Below, piece by piece: positions 12,751 to 24,692 of a stretch of DNA of 64,000 nt; the first letter of the stretch is position 1; every line of letters starts with the position of its first letter. The DNA is from Mobula hypostoma (taxonomy: Eukaryota): assembly GCF_963921235.1 (NCBI RefSeq), contig NC_086097.1, positions 174,408,001 to 174,472,000 of the forward strand, given 5' to 3'. Under the pieces are notes generated by a model. It had not been told where the DNA came from, searched no databases, and saw only the letters and a list, made by a program, of their open reading frames with translations. A program made the translations under genes and the position numbers.

Positions 12751-13649
12751 CTTACGTGCTGAATTTGCTTGCAATCATTTTTCTTTAATTGTCTATGCAG
12801 AGCTCAGTTGAATGCTTCATTAACATGCATTAAAGTACAACTTCTCTGTCAAACAAGAATCAATTCTTCTTTACAATCCACGTGTATCTATAGCCCACAA
12901 CAGAAATTGAATTGGACAGCATCTGTGGGGAGAGAAATTGTTAACATTGCAGGTCAGTGTCCTCAGTTGAAACTGGGCAAGTGAGAAAATAAGCATGTTT
13001 TAAGTTGCAGAGAAGATGGAGCAATTAAATATATTTAAGTTGGAAAATGGTAGACAACTAAACTATTAAGTAGTGAAAGGGTATGGGGGAAAGTGGTGAT
13101 GAGGTCAAGATGGGATCATCCAAGTTCTTTTAAATAACAGAGTAGGTTTGAGGGGCCAGTTATGACGTTGTGTAAAGGGAGTGTTGTGATAGATTGGAGA
13201 CTGGATTGTCTAGGTGAGACAGAGCTGGTCTTGGTGCCACCTTAGAGAGGGAATTAAATGTTTGTTAGTCATAGCTGATCTGCCTGGGGGAAAGAAAATG
13301 GATAGGGGCAGTAGAGATAAAAAAGAAACACCCTTGAAATGCTGGAAATCTGAAATAAAAGTTATTCCTAGAACTGGAATGGGTAGCAACTGTGGAAAGA
13401 TAAAACCTAGCTGCTTGTATTCATTCAGTTCTTATGCAGTTCTGGAGTCTCTTTGCCACCGCACATTGACCTTAAGGTGGCTATGCTGGGAATTATAGTT
13501 TATGTCAAATTGCTGAGCACTGAGAGTTCCTGTGGTGTTGGAATGTTCATGGGCATTCATGGTGAATGTGATGATAATGTAATATAAATCTTACAGTATA
13601 TGGCCTGTCACAAAAATGCTGATATAGAAATGTACTGTGTCATATATTT

Positions 13650-13802
13650 ATGAGTACAGTCAACATTTCGGGTCCTGACGAAGTGTTTTGGCCTGAAATG
13701 TCAACTGTACTCTTTCTCATAGATGCTGCCTGGCCTGCTGAGTTCCTCCAGCATTTTGTGTGTGTTACTTGAATTTTCAGCATCTGCAGATTTTCTCCCG
13801 TT
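13650..13802 (+). mobile_element. Short Penelope-derived insertion with degenerate hammerhead and 14-bp TSD
   Basis: TGTGTCATATATTT at 13636-13649 and 13803-13816; CTGACGA...GAAATGTC core; begins with a short inverted copy of its own downstream sequence. Confidence 0.85.
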
Positions 13803-16800
13803 TGTGTCATATATTTGCAAGTTTTAATGAGTGAAGTATTATTATGGTAAATCATATTTCAGATTCATATATTTATGTACATATTGTACAATAGAATATT
13901 CAAATTGTATTCCCCTATTTCTATATTGATGTTAAATGAGTGAAAGACATTGATAAGAAAAGAGTTAAAATGTCATATTAATTTTTCCTTTGAATCAGCA
14001 ACATCAGCATTGTTGATCATATCTGATTAGACACAAAGTCAAAAGGCGTCAGAAAAGAAACCTTTTATATCTGTAGGAAACTTCTTCACCAATAATCTGA
14101 CATGACATTGTGAAAAGAATCATGTTTGTTGTGAAACTACTTAACCAAAATTTAAAAATTTACAGTGATATTTTTTACATATGTTAAATAGGAATTCATA
14201 TTTTGTACAATCAGTCTGTTTTGGAAATGATGTGTATAAGTGATGAAGTACATAATTGTTGTGATGTGTATAATTGACAGAAAGGATGTACTTGGTCTCT
14301 TTATTAATTTTATTGTTAATATGCAAACAGAAACATGATTTTAATAGGGTTTTAAATGCTTTTGAAAATTAAAATCGATGTTGATCAAGAGCATGGTCCT
14401 TTTTTCATCATTCTCCATAAACACAACCTGTCTATATCTGAATATTGCAAGCTCACCCATGATCTTTGCTGATGTAGTAATGTGCAACTAGTAATTTAAT
14501 ATTGGGAACCACAAAATGACCTTGCAATCAACAATTCATTAACCAATCCCTGTGCTTGTTAATTTGATCTTCCTGTTCTCCTGATGTCTCATATTACAAA
14601 ATCCTCATTCTCCTGTTCAAATCTTTTCTGTAGTCATAACACTTTTATTGCTGAAACCTTGACCAGGCTCACAACTTGCCAAGCACTGTAAATTCCAATG
14701 ATCCTTTGCACCCTCCGACTCTCTTTAGTCCATCAGCATTGGCTTTGCCTTCATCCTTAAATCCCTACATCTCTCAGCATCTCTGCCCTGAAACCTGCTG
14801 TCCTCTTCGAAGAATAAGTCACACTTCCAAAACTCACTTTTTCTAGATTACCTCAATTTTATACAATATTCAGAAAGTTTTCATTGCTAAAAGTGTTAGT
14901 TATTATATTGTAGCAGTGACCTGACTATAATTTTGACTTTAGTTTTCTATTATGCTGTCCTAAGAATTAATTCATGATCACATAGATTAATTATTAAAAT
15001 GGCTAGAGCTGTTGATATAGGATGATGGACTGAAGACAGTTTTCCAGCCAAAAGTGTACTGGCAGCTTCATTGCAAATCTTTTTCTCATAGCTTTGATTG
15101 GCGGTAGTGTCTGAGAATGATGATTTCATGTTTGAAATCTTACTAGATGAGTAAAGTTCATCTCAAATATGGCAAGGAGAGGACAGTGTTCAAAAGAAAA
15201 TCAGACAAATGTTTTTAATAGTTAAATCTGTAATTTATTGTGTGATACTAAAAAATGTTGGTTGATTTACATGAGGCTGCCATAACTTTGGCAAAGTTAC
15301 AGCAATTTGGACCTCTAATTTTTCTTTTGCGCTACAAATCACCACACAACAAATCTGTGTTGATTTATGATGGTCATTGTTAGCTTCACCTCAAAGATCA
15401 AAGTATAGCAGGCAACAACATAGACTAGATTTTTGTGCATTACATGAATGTGTAATATTGTACTGCCTCTAATATAAATCTAGTGACACATTTTCATCAG
15501 AGCACCAAATACATGTGGCAACTTTAGAGTTCTGGACTCAAATTGGGAATCTAGCATTTATTGGTGTTACACAAGCTGAAGGTTTAGAACTGATGGTTTG
15601 TAATGCTTTAGAGACAGCTTGTGTAGTGCTGCAACAGCATTTTTTTGCTGGTAAGAGTTCAATGCTGTGTAATTTTTGCTAACGCATTAAAATTATGATA
15701 AATGACTGGGCCGCCTTCAGATAGCTGCTGTTTTCAAATAGCTCAGTAATTGGATGAATGAATTGGTTCTGTGATGTCAAGAATGACATCACATGTGGTT
15801 TACCACGTCTTAGAAGTCATCTCAAATGAGGGTGTAAAAGTTAATTATTCAAAAATAACTATTTTGATATTGTATTGAGATGTATCTCTGACAGAAATGC
15901 AGATTAAAGCAGGTTTATTTTTTAACTTTATGGCTTATGTACTTTAGCCATGAGGCTTTCTATATGATGTGGTACAAATCCAAATCCAGTTTCTACATTA
16001 GATTGGAGCTTACTGGATGACTGACAATATCATGAAACAATCACAAAGAAAAGTTTAGATCAAGAGTAATTCTATCAAGTGATCTTATCTGAAGGCTTTG
16101 TTTATTTAGACAACCCAAGCTTTGTGTTTTTACACTTTGCTGTGTAAGTCAGCATAGCAGTCCAATTAATAAAGCTCTTTGCATTTCATGTAAAACTGCC
16201 CCATTGTTAACTTTCATCAAATAGTTTGCTAACACTTTGCAATCTGCTGACAGCTTATGATTGACTATAAGTGAGGATTTATCTTGGACAACATTAAAAT
16301 TCTTTCACCTCAGTCATTTTGCAGATAAGAGTTATTCTTTGAGGTGGAACTTGGGTCATAATGAATCCTTCGCCCTGACTGAGGCACCTATTCTGTTTGA
16401 AGAAAGAAGTGCTGACAGTAAAAGTAAATATTGATATCTACCGCGAGGCTCGTGATGGGTTCAGTTTAACAGATAAAATTGCAATGTCTTTTTTCACAGC
16501 TGTAACCAATTGTCTTGCATAACCCTGCAGGCAATAAAGTGCTGGTATAAAGGTTTTATAGAATTTTTAGACTTTTTGTGCAATACAGAAACTAATGGCC
16601 AGTGAAAGTTCAAGCATAATTTTTGGAGAAAAATTGCATGTTACATCAATAATTGAAGGAGGGTTGCTCCACATATAGTTAAGATCTAATAATAGAGAGC
16701 AACAAAGTTTAAAGAAGATTGCCGATTTTTTTTCATGCGATCTGCTTAGCTGAGTAACCTTCTATTTCAAACAAACCAATTGTTTTTCAGGGTCATCCTC

Positions 16801-17559
16801 CTAAACAAGGTTCCACAAGGCTATCATAAAGACACCTGTGTGACTGTTAAAGGGATAGTAAAGAATTGTTACCCGTTTTCCCATTTGCAAGTCGGATTTG
16901 AGTTATACTAAAGGACATTGTTTTCTTTGGGAAGGTAAAATGAAAACTAGAGGGAATGAGTTTAAGATGAGAGGTGAAAGATTTCAAAATGACCCAAGCA
17001 GCATAATGCAGAGGATAGTGAACTGCCAGAAGAGGCAGTGGTTAAGCTGGGTGCAATAATAACATATTTGGACTTTTGGATAAGTACATGAATAGGAAGG
17101 GTTTGGAGCGATGTGGCTCAAATATGGGCAAATGGGACTAACTTGATGGACATCATGATCAGAATGAACATACTTGGCTGAAGGGTCTGTTGTCATGGTC
17201 TGTTGCTCTTCGAAATTGATTTATGACTCTAAGCTTTTGATTTAAGAGCAGTATTTCTCAATCCTAATTTTTAAGCAATGGAGTACTTTGCAGCATGAGA
17301 GACTGCTGTTTCTTAAGAAGCCTCTGAAGCAGCTGTGGGTAGAAGAAACACTGTTGTAGCTTGGGTGATTCAGCCATGTTAGAATGCCAGGGAAACCACA
17401 AATCCTTTGTGGTTGTATTGTGTTGGGTAAATGGATCATAACATATTCTTAATGCTTTTTTAATTTCAACCTTGCACATTTTTTTACTGAAAGTTAAGGT
17501 CCTACTTAAACTACCAGAGTTGAACTTCAAAGAGTTGAACCTGTAGTTTAGTCAATTCA

Positions 17560-18010
17560 GCCCAAAGTAACATTGGCAAATTGCCTACTCCCCTTTCCCT
17601 TTTCTCTCCTCCTGATTTATCCAATTACTCCTGTACCCACTCTAACACCCTCCTCCACTCATACTGTCTTGGTTCCCTCCTATCCCATTGCTCCCATTTG
17701 TCTTCCCTACCACCCTTATCTGGTTTCATGCTCTACTTTCCTTTCCTATCCGATCAGCAGCTCTTTAATACTCCTGTCACCTCCAAGCCTCTGTCGCTAT
17801 TTCCACACTTCCTTCTTCCATCTACATATACCCTTTCCTCATCTGGACCACCTATCATGTGCCAGCTCTTGCACCACTTCTCTCCATTTATTTATACTAG
17901 CTATCTCCCCTCTAACTCTCAGTCAGGGGGTCTTGATCTATAACACTGACTGTCCATTTCACTCCACAGGTGCTGCTTGACCAGCTGATTTCCTCCAGTA
18001 GTTTGTTGTT
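17560..18010 (+). mobile_element. Degraded Penelope-type pLTR
   Basis: Pyrimidine-rich body ending GGTGCTGCTTGACCAGCTGATTTCCTCCAGTA, similar to the other pLTR tails. Confidence 0.55.
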
Positions 18011-18756
18011 TGGGATATAAATTAGAATGGAGCCATGTGGGATCTCTGTGGGATATTAATATCATTTGTAGCATTATTCCAATGGTAATTGAAAGGCCTG
18101 GAATAATGATTGCAAGGCATGGTCATATCCATCACAACAAGGAATTTAAATTCAATTAATTAAGTAAATCTTGAGTAAAAGTTGTATCATTCATTTTTCC
18201 CAAGAAATTCTATAATACCATCAATTTTATTTTATGAAAAAATAGTCCACTTATTTCCAGTACTAAGAGACAAGTCAGTTATTTCAAAACTTGTAAAAAA
18301 GATTACCAAAGTGATTCAAAGTTATTAATCTCCCTCACCTTCTCAAGAGCATTTCGGGATGGCAGTGTCAACAATCATTCTGTTAATGAACACAAAAATA
18401 AAGCAGAGTGCACACTAAGCTTTGTTATACCGATGGATATCCTATGTTGAAAGAATATACAAATATCCTTTGACAATTAAATGCTGATTATTGGTCACAA
18501 ACCTGCCATATGTGAAAAATTGTGGTATTGAATGTACATATTTTTGCTGTGCAGTTGATATTTGTGAATGCACAGCAAGCTTAATAGCCAAAATCTGTCT
18601 GGATCAGGTGGGGAAGTTGGTTTGTTAATTTTTAAAAATTTTCTTTTTGCTCAGCATAACAAAACTTTAAATTTACAGATACATTTACATTTCTTCCCCT
18701 CACAGATCTCAGCTATCACAGCACTTCCATCAAAATACAGACATCACCCCAACATC

Positions 18757-21700
18757 CTATACAAAAGCCCTTATTAGTATAGCAGACAGGTTTACATCTA
18801 CATACTGCAGAAAAGGTTGCCATGTTTTATGAAAACTATTTGTTTTTGAGTGTACCATACATGTCAGAAAGTCCAAAGGAATGTATTCCGTGATTAATCT
18901 ACGCCAACCAAAAAGTCCTGGGGCCTTATCGGATATCCAACAAAGTAAAATATTCTTCCTTGCACAAAAAGTCAGGATGTTAAAAAGTTTTTTCTGATGT
19001 GCATTAATAATATGACTGCTGGGTAAGCCTAAGAGAAAAGACACTGGGTCCAGTTCAAGTTCCATCCTCAGAACCTTTACCATTTTACCCAAAATGTCAC
19101 TCCAGTATGCCTGAAGCTTGGGACAAAAACAGTGGGAGAAAGTTCCAGTGTTTACTTTACATTTAGAACATATTGGAGAAACCCCCGTCTGAAATTTCGA
19201 GAGATGATCTGGAGTCAGATGGGTTCTATGCAGAATTTTGAGTTGCAGTGCTTTAGTTCTATTACAAACTGAAATTTTCTTTGCATTATCACAGATGTCT
19301 TCCCATGTTTCAGCTGTAATTTCTACTCAGCTCTTCCTCCCAGACCTTTCCCAGCTGCTCAGCCTCTCCACAAGAACATTCCCTCAGGATGCTGTAAAAG
19401 TACTAATGGAGTCTTCACCCTTAGAACAAAACACCCTCTTTTCTATGTCAGAACTATAGAAATCAGTTAACAATGATGTTTTTTTCTGTATGTAATCTCT
19501 TATCTGAAAGAAACGAAAAAGATCCTTGTTGGGTATGTTAAATTTCTGTACTATTTGACTAAAAGACATCATCGTTCCTTCATCAAACAAATTTCCTAGA
19601 TGGAAAATACCCTTAGAAATCCAAAGTTTAAATCCAGAATCCATTATGCCAGGCTGAAAAACTGGACTGCCGGTTGTTGGAGTGAAGGGTGATATTTTCG
19701 TTACGTTGCCCTCAATTTATCACACCGCCCTCCAAACCCTGATTGTATTAATTCTTATTGGATTGTGAAAATATTCCTTAACTAGTTTCATCTTATTGAG
19801 GAAAAGCAAATTCGTAAGACGGCATTTTGCTTGTGAAGCTTCAATATCTAGCCAAATTGAGGAGGGGTCCCTGCAAACCCGGTCAACCACATAAAATAAA
19901 AAGGAACTTAATTGATATTTTTTGATGTCTGGAAAATCCGGACCCCCTAGACTACTGGGAAGTTATAACTGAGACATTTTAATACAGGGTCTTTTTTTCT
20001 TCCAGATGAAAAAAACAAACCAGCCATTTATTTTTTTAAAGTATTTGTTGGGTAAAAATGACTGGAATCATTCATATTGGATAGAGCAGACGAGGAAGAA
20101 TGTTCATTTTGAGCAAGGATATTCGGCCAAGCCAAGAAATGGGAAGAGTGCTCTCGCTCAAAATCCTGTTTGATTTTGTCAAATAACTGTGTAAAGTTAG
20201 CTCTGAATATTTGATCAAACGTAGGCCCCCTCGGCCTGAGTCGACGTAGTAGTAGGTGTGATAAATATGCCTAAGTAAACAAAACCTGTCTGCGACACAC
20301 ATCAAAGTTGCTGGTGAACGCAACAGGCCAGGCAGCATCTCTAGGACGAGGTATAGTCGACATTTCAGGCCGAGACCCTTCATCAGGACCAACTGAAGGA
20401 AGAGTTAGTAAGAGATTTGAAAGATTTGAAAATTTGAAACTTGAAAACCTGTCTGCGACCATTTAAAGGGGAAAACACCCTGAGTGTCAGGTACCTGCTG
20501 CAGGTTCCCCAGAGGCATAGCTTCTGATTTAGTAAAGTTTATTTTATAACCTGAAAAGTCACTAAATGAATTGATGCTTTGTATAAGGTGGTGCACTGAT
20601 ATAGCAGGGTTTGATAAGAAAATTAGAACATCATCCGCATACAATGTAATTTTATGTGACTTTAGTCCTATGTCTGGAGCAGATATTTTGGGGTCTCGCC
20701 GAATAGCCTCAGCCAATGGCTCGATCACTAGTGTGAAAAGTAGTGGTGATAAAGGACAGCCCTGCTAGCTGCCCCTCAGAATACTAAAATTATCCGACCT
20801 AATACCATTAGTGAGAACCGCAGCCAAAGGGTCATTATAAAGAACCTTCACCCACTTAATAAAATTATTGCCCAAACCAAATCATTCTAAAGTGAAAAAA
20901 AGATACGACTATTAGACACGATCAAAGGCCTTTTCTGCATCTAAGGAAACCACCAAGCCGTCCACTGCCTGTTGTTGACATGCCTGAATCACATTAAGTA
21001 ATCTTCTAATATTGTTAGATGATCTACGGCCTTTTACAATACCCATTTGATCCTCTTTTATGATAAAAGGTAACACAATTTCTAATCACAACGCTAAGAT
21101 TTTAGATGAGATTTTAAAGTCAACATTTAACAATGAAGTAGGCCTGTAGGAGGCACAATCTTCAGGGCTCTTTCCTTTCTTAAGAATTAGGGAGATATTA
21201 GCTTCTCTCAGTGATGGTGGGAGGAGAACACAGTTAAATGCATGATTGAACATGTTTAGCATAGGCTCTGATAATAACCCTGTGAACTCTTTATAGAATT
21301 CACTAGTGAGTCCATCAGGACCAGGGGCCTTCCCACTTTGGAGCCGTCTCACAGCTTCCTGTATCTCATGTATAGATAACGGAGCATTGAGGACGGACTC
21401 TTGTTCAGAAGAAATGCCTAGGAGATCTAAATTCCTGAAAAAGGACTCCATCCTAGATTGTCCATCATTACCTTGCTCAGATTGATACAATTTAGAATAA
21501 AAATTCTTAAACACAACATTAATCATTTTAGAATTACTAGTGAGGGGTCCTATCCCATTCCTAATTGAAGCAATAGTCTGAAGGGCATTTTTCTTTCTAG
21601 CTAAATGAGCCAAATACCTACTTGGTTTTTCACCATGTTCAAACAATCGTTGTTTAGCAAATGTCAATTTTCTTTTGGCTGCTTGTGTAAGTAAAGAGTT

Positions 21701-22723
21701 TAGTGTACAGCGTAGGGATGTGATATTCTGTAACTTGGCTGCAGAAGGCTTATTAATATAATCCTTTTCAGCTGCCGCAAGCCTTGCTTCCACTAGGCGC
21801 TGCTGTTCCGCAGCTTGTCGCTTCTTTCTAGCAGAGTAGAAGATAATTGCATTGGCCTTAGCGGTTTCCCAGTGCATCGATGGACTACTAGCTGATTTGG
21901 AATTAATAGATAGGAAAGTTTTAAATTCGTAAGTAAATTAGTCTATCTTTTAGAATAAAAGGATTCAGCCTCCAATGTCTAGATCGTGCTGAATTATCTT
22001 TGGGCTTAATATTTAAATATACTGCTGCATGGTCAGAAATAGCGATATTTCCAATTGTGCAGGATACAACTAAATCTAGGAGCGTTTTGGGGGTTAGAAA
22101 AAAGTCTATTCTGGTATAACACTTGTGTGGATTAGAAAAAAACTGTGAAGTCTTTGTCTGGGGGATGTAACAACCTCCAGACATCCACAAGTCCTAGTTC
22201 TCCACATAAACCCATGATTTGTTTGGATTGTGAGGAGAGCAACAAGGGACCACTAGGCACTCTGTCTATCAATGGGTCCATGAGACAATTAAAATCCCCA
22301 CCTACAATAATATTTTGTATTGAAAAGCTTGTAAGTTTTGGAAAAAGCATCTATTAGGAATTTGGGAGGATGAGCTGGAGGGCAGTAAACATTGAGAATA
22401 CCATATTCCTCTCCATATATTGAAGCCTTAACAATCACAAATCTCCCATACTTATCCTTAATGCAGTCTAATAACTTAAAAAGTAGGTTCTTCATAATTA
22501 AAATGGCCACCCCCCCACTCCTGGTATTAGAAGATGAAAAATAGACTCGATTAAATCTACTCTGTTGCAGTTTTAGATGTTCTTTATCATTTAAATGTGT
22601 CTCCTACAATAAGGCTATGTCCACCCTTTCCTTTTTCAGGTTTAATAGGATTTTCTTTCTCTTGATTGGTGAATGACTCCCCTTAATGTTCCAAGTGCAC
22701 AATTTTAATACATTACTGGTCAT
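18757..22723 (-). pseudogene. L1 ORF2 (APE endonuclease + RT + C-terminal Cys/His motif), disrupted
   Basis: MTSNVLKLCTWNIKG, GGDFN, SDH, GKAPGPDG, QGCPLSPLLF, LYADD and CSKC...HC; multiple frameshifts plus nested insertions. Confidence 0.92.
20297..20443 (-). mobile_element. Short Penelope-derived insertion in L1 ORF2, 16-bp TSD, hammerhead motif
   Basis: AAAACCTGTCTGCGAC at 20281-20296 and 20444-20459; removing the insert restores FKWSQTGFVYLGIF; minus strand GGTC-CTGATGA-AGGGTCTCGGCCT-GAAA-TGTC-GACT (20355-20390). Confidence 0.9.
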
Positions 22724-23164
22724 AACCCTTTATAACAATCATTTGACTCTGAAGGAGAAGAAACCCAACTTAAGATCAGCTGAGCAGAAATAAGTGGATA
22801 AAAAAACACACAAAAAAAACAAAGCGCCAACAGCGCTGAACAAGATGACTTACTCCACACTTAAAGGGGATATCTGAACCTTCTAGCACCCCATATTCTA
22901 CCCCACTGCCAATATAGCATTTAACATAGTCAAAAATGAAAACAGGACATAATTTATCGATCCACCGATTTGTTACCATCATGTTTAAGCTCCTTCAGGC
23001 TGGATCAGCACTGCTAATTTAAACAAATAATGAAACTATATTAATCAAAACAAATACGTTACCCATCCTGTAAGATACCTTGCTGTCGAGTAATGAAAAG
23101 GTAAAATAAAGCGACCATCGAGCATGTATCGCTCATAACCAGGGCTACACAATATATACATTCT

Positions 23165-23991
23165 TTAGCCCAATGTGTCTACAAAAGTTTTAGCTTTGCT
23201 AGGAGAATCAAATACCTTGGTGGTTTCGTTGTAGGTGATTTTCAGCGCCGCTGTGTACAGCATAAAGTACTGGATTCTGGATTCCCTCAGCCACTTCTTT
23301 ACTTGGTCGAATTCCTTGCGCTTCCAAATAACGGCTGCTGAAAAATCTTGAAAAAACATAAGCCTGGATCCCTCATATATTAAAGCCTGGGCATCAGTCC
23401 CGCGGCGTCTCGAAGCCTCCATCACATTTGCTTATCACCAATTATGGAACTGCACAAGGACAGGTCGAGGGCGTTGGTCTGGGCCCAGTTTTGGAGCCAG
23501 CATACGATGAGCTCTTTCCACTTTAATGTGTCCAGCCTTGGTTTCCAAATCAAGGAAACTAGGCAGCCAGCCCTCAAAAAACTTCGCTGGTTGTCTGCCT
23601 ACTGTACCTTCAGGTAGACCGATAATTCGTATGTTCTCCCTCCTACCTCTATTCTCGAGACCATCAGTATGGTCAGACAGGTTTTGAACTTGCTTTTCTA
23701 GCATCCGAATGCAGCTCTAGGCTTGAACAGCTACAGTCTATACCATGGAGACTCGGACCTTGGCCTCGGTCATTCTTGTATCAAGATTTTTAAGCTCCAG
23801 TGTGTGGTTGTGGAGTGTTAGAGAGAGTGGACCCAGCTTCTTGTCCATCACTTTGGATATGTTCTCCGTAACTTCCTGAATTATTTGACGAAAAGCAGGG
23901 TCCAACGTGTTAGCATAACTGGCTTCTCAGCCCCAGGAGGGCGCTCTGTGCAGTCCATCCTGGCTGCCTTTTTAGTGCTTTTCGATGGCAT
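23165..23991 (-). pseudogene. L1 ORF1 (coiled-coil/RRM/CTD type), disrupted
   Basis: LENRGRRENIRIIGLPEG, KVERAHR, PRPVLVQF, FFQDFSAAV; ATG at 23991; internal stops and frameshifts. Confidence 0.88.
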
Positions 23992-24692
23992 GGTATAGAA
24001 GCAGCTCAAATAAATACTCATCAATGTTCACGTTATTAAATCCAACACTTGGGCATTTTAAGAAAAAGTTGGAATGGATAGGTTTATATGCAAAATTATC
24101 AGTGTTACAGCGCTGAGCTCAGCAAGCAGACTGCGCCACCATCTTGAAACCTGGTTTGTTACTTTGACAAGTCAATCTTTCTTTTTCCCATAAATTCACT
24201 ATGAAGTTAAAGGTGGCAGTATTAACGTGGAGTTTTATTTAAACATTCTCATTGTTTTTGCCAGACACACCAATTAGTTAGTTACATGTGCTTGCCAGAG
24301 ACTAATGTCTGTGGTTCCCTCTTCACATGTGCTCCCTGGAAAGTTGCCAGCTAATTCTGGGTCAGGTTATATATGGCACTACTTACTGTTTAATTAGAAT
24401 CCTGTATGTATTGGTTTTAATATTGTCACATGTACCAATGCACAGTGAAAAGTTTGTCTTGCATACCATTCATACTATCAGTTATTGCAACAGTGCAATA
24501 TAAATCTACTGTGGCCCTTGGCCCACAGTGTTGCTTGACATCTTACTTCAATGAACTGGGTAGAGTCATAGAATTGTACAGTATGGAAACAGGCCATTTG
24601 GCCCAACTTGTCCACGCTGACTAGTGGACACCCTTCGGTATTAATCCAATGATCTAGCACTTGGTCTATAGCCTTCTATTGCTGAAGCAATT

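Larger units (their letters stand above)
18628..24151 (-). mobile_element. Full-length (decayed) L1-clade LINE with 10-bp TSD
   Basis: TGGTTTGTTA at 18618-18627 and 24152-24161; 5' end CAAGATGGTGGCG; ORF1, spacer, ORF2 and A-rich 3' end. Confidence 0.93.
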
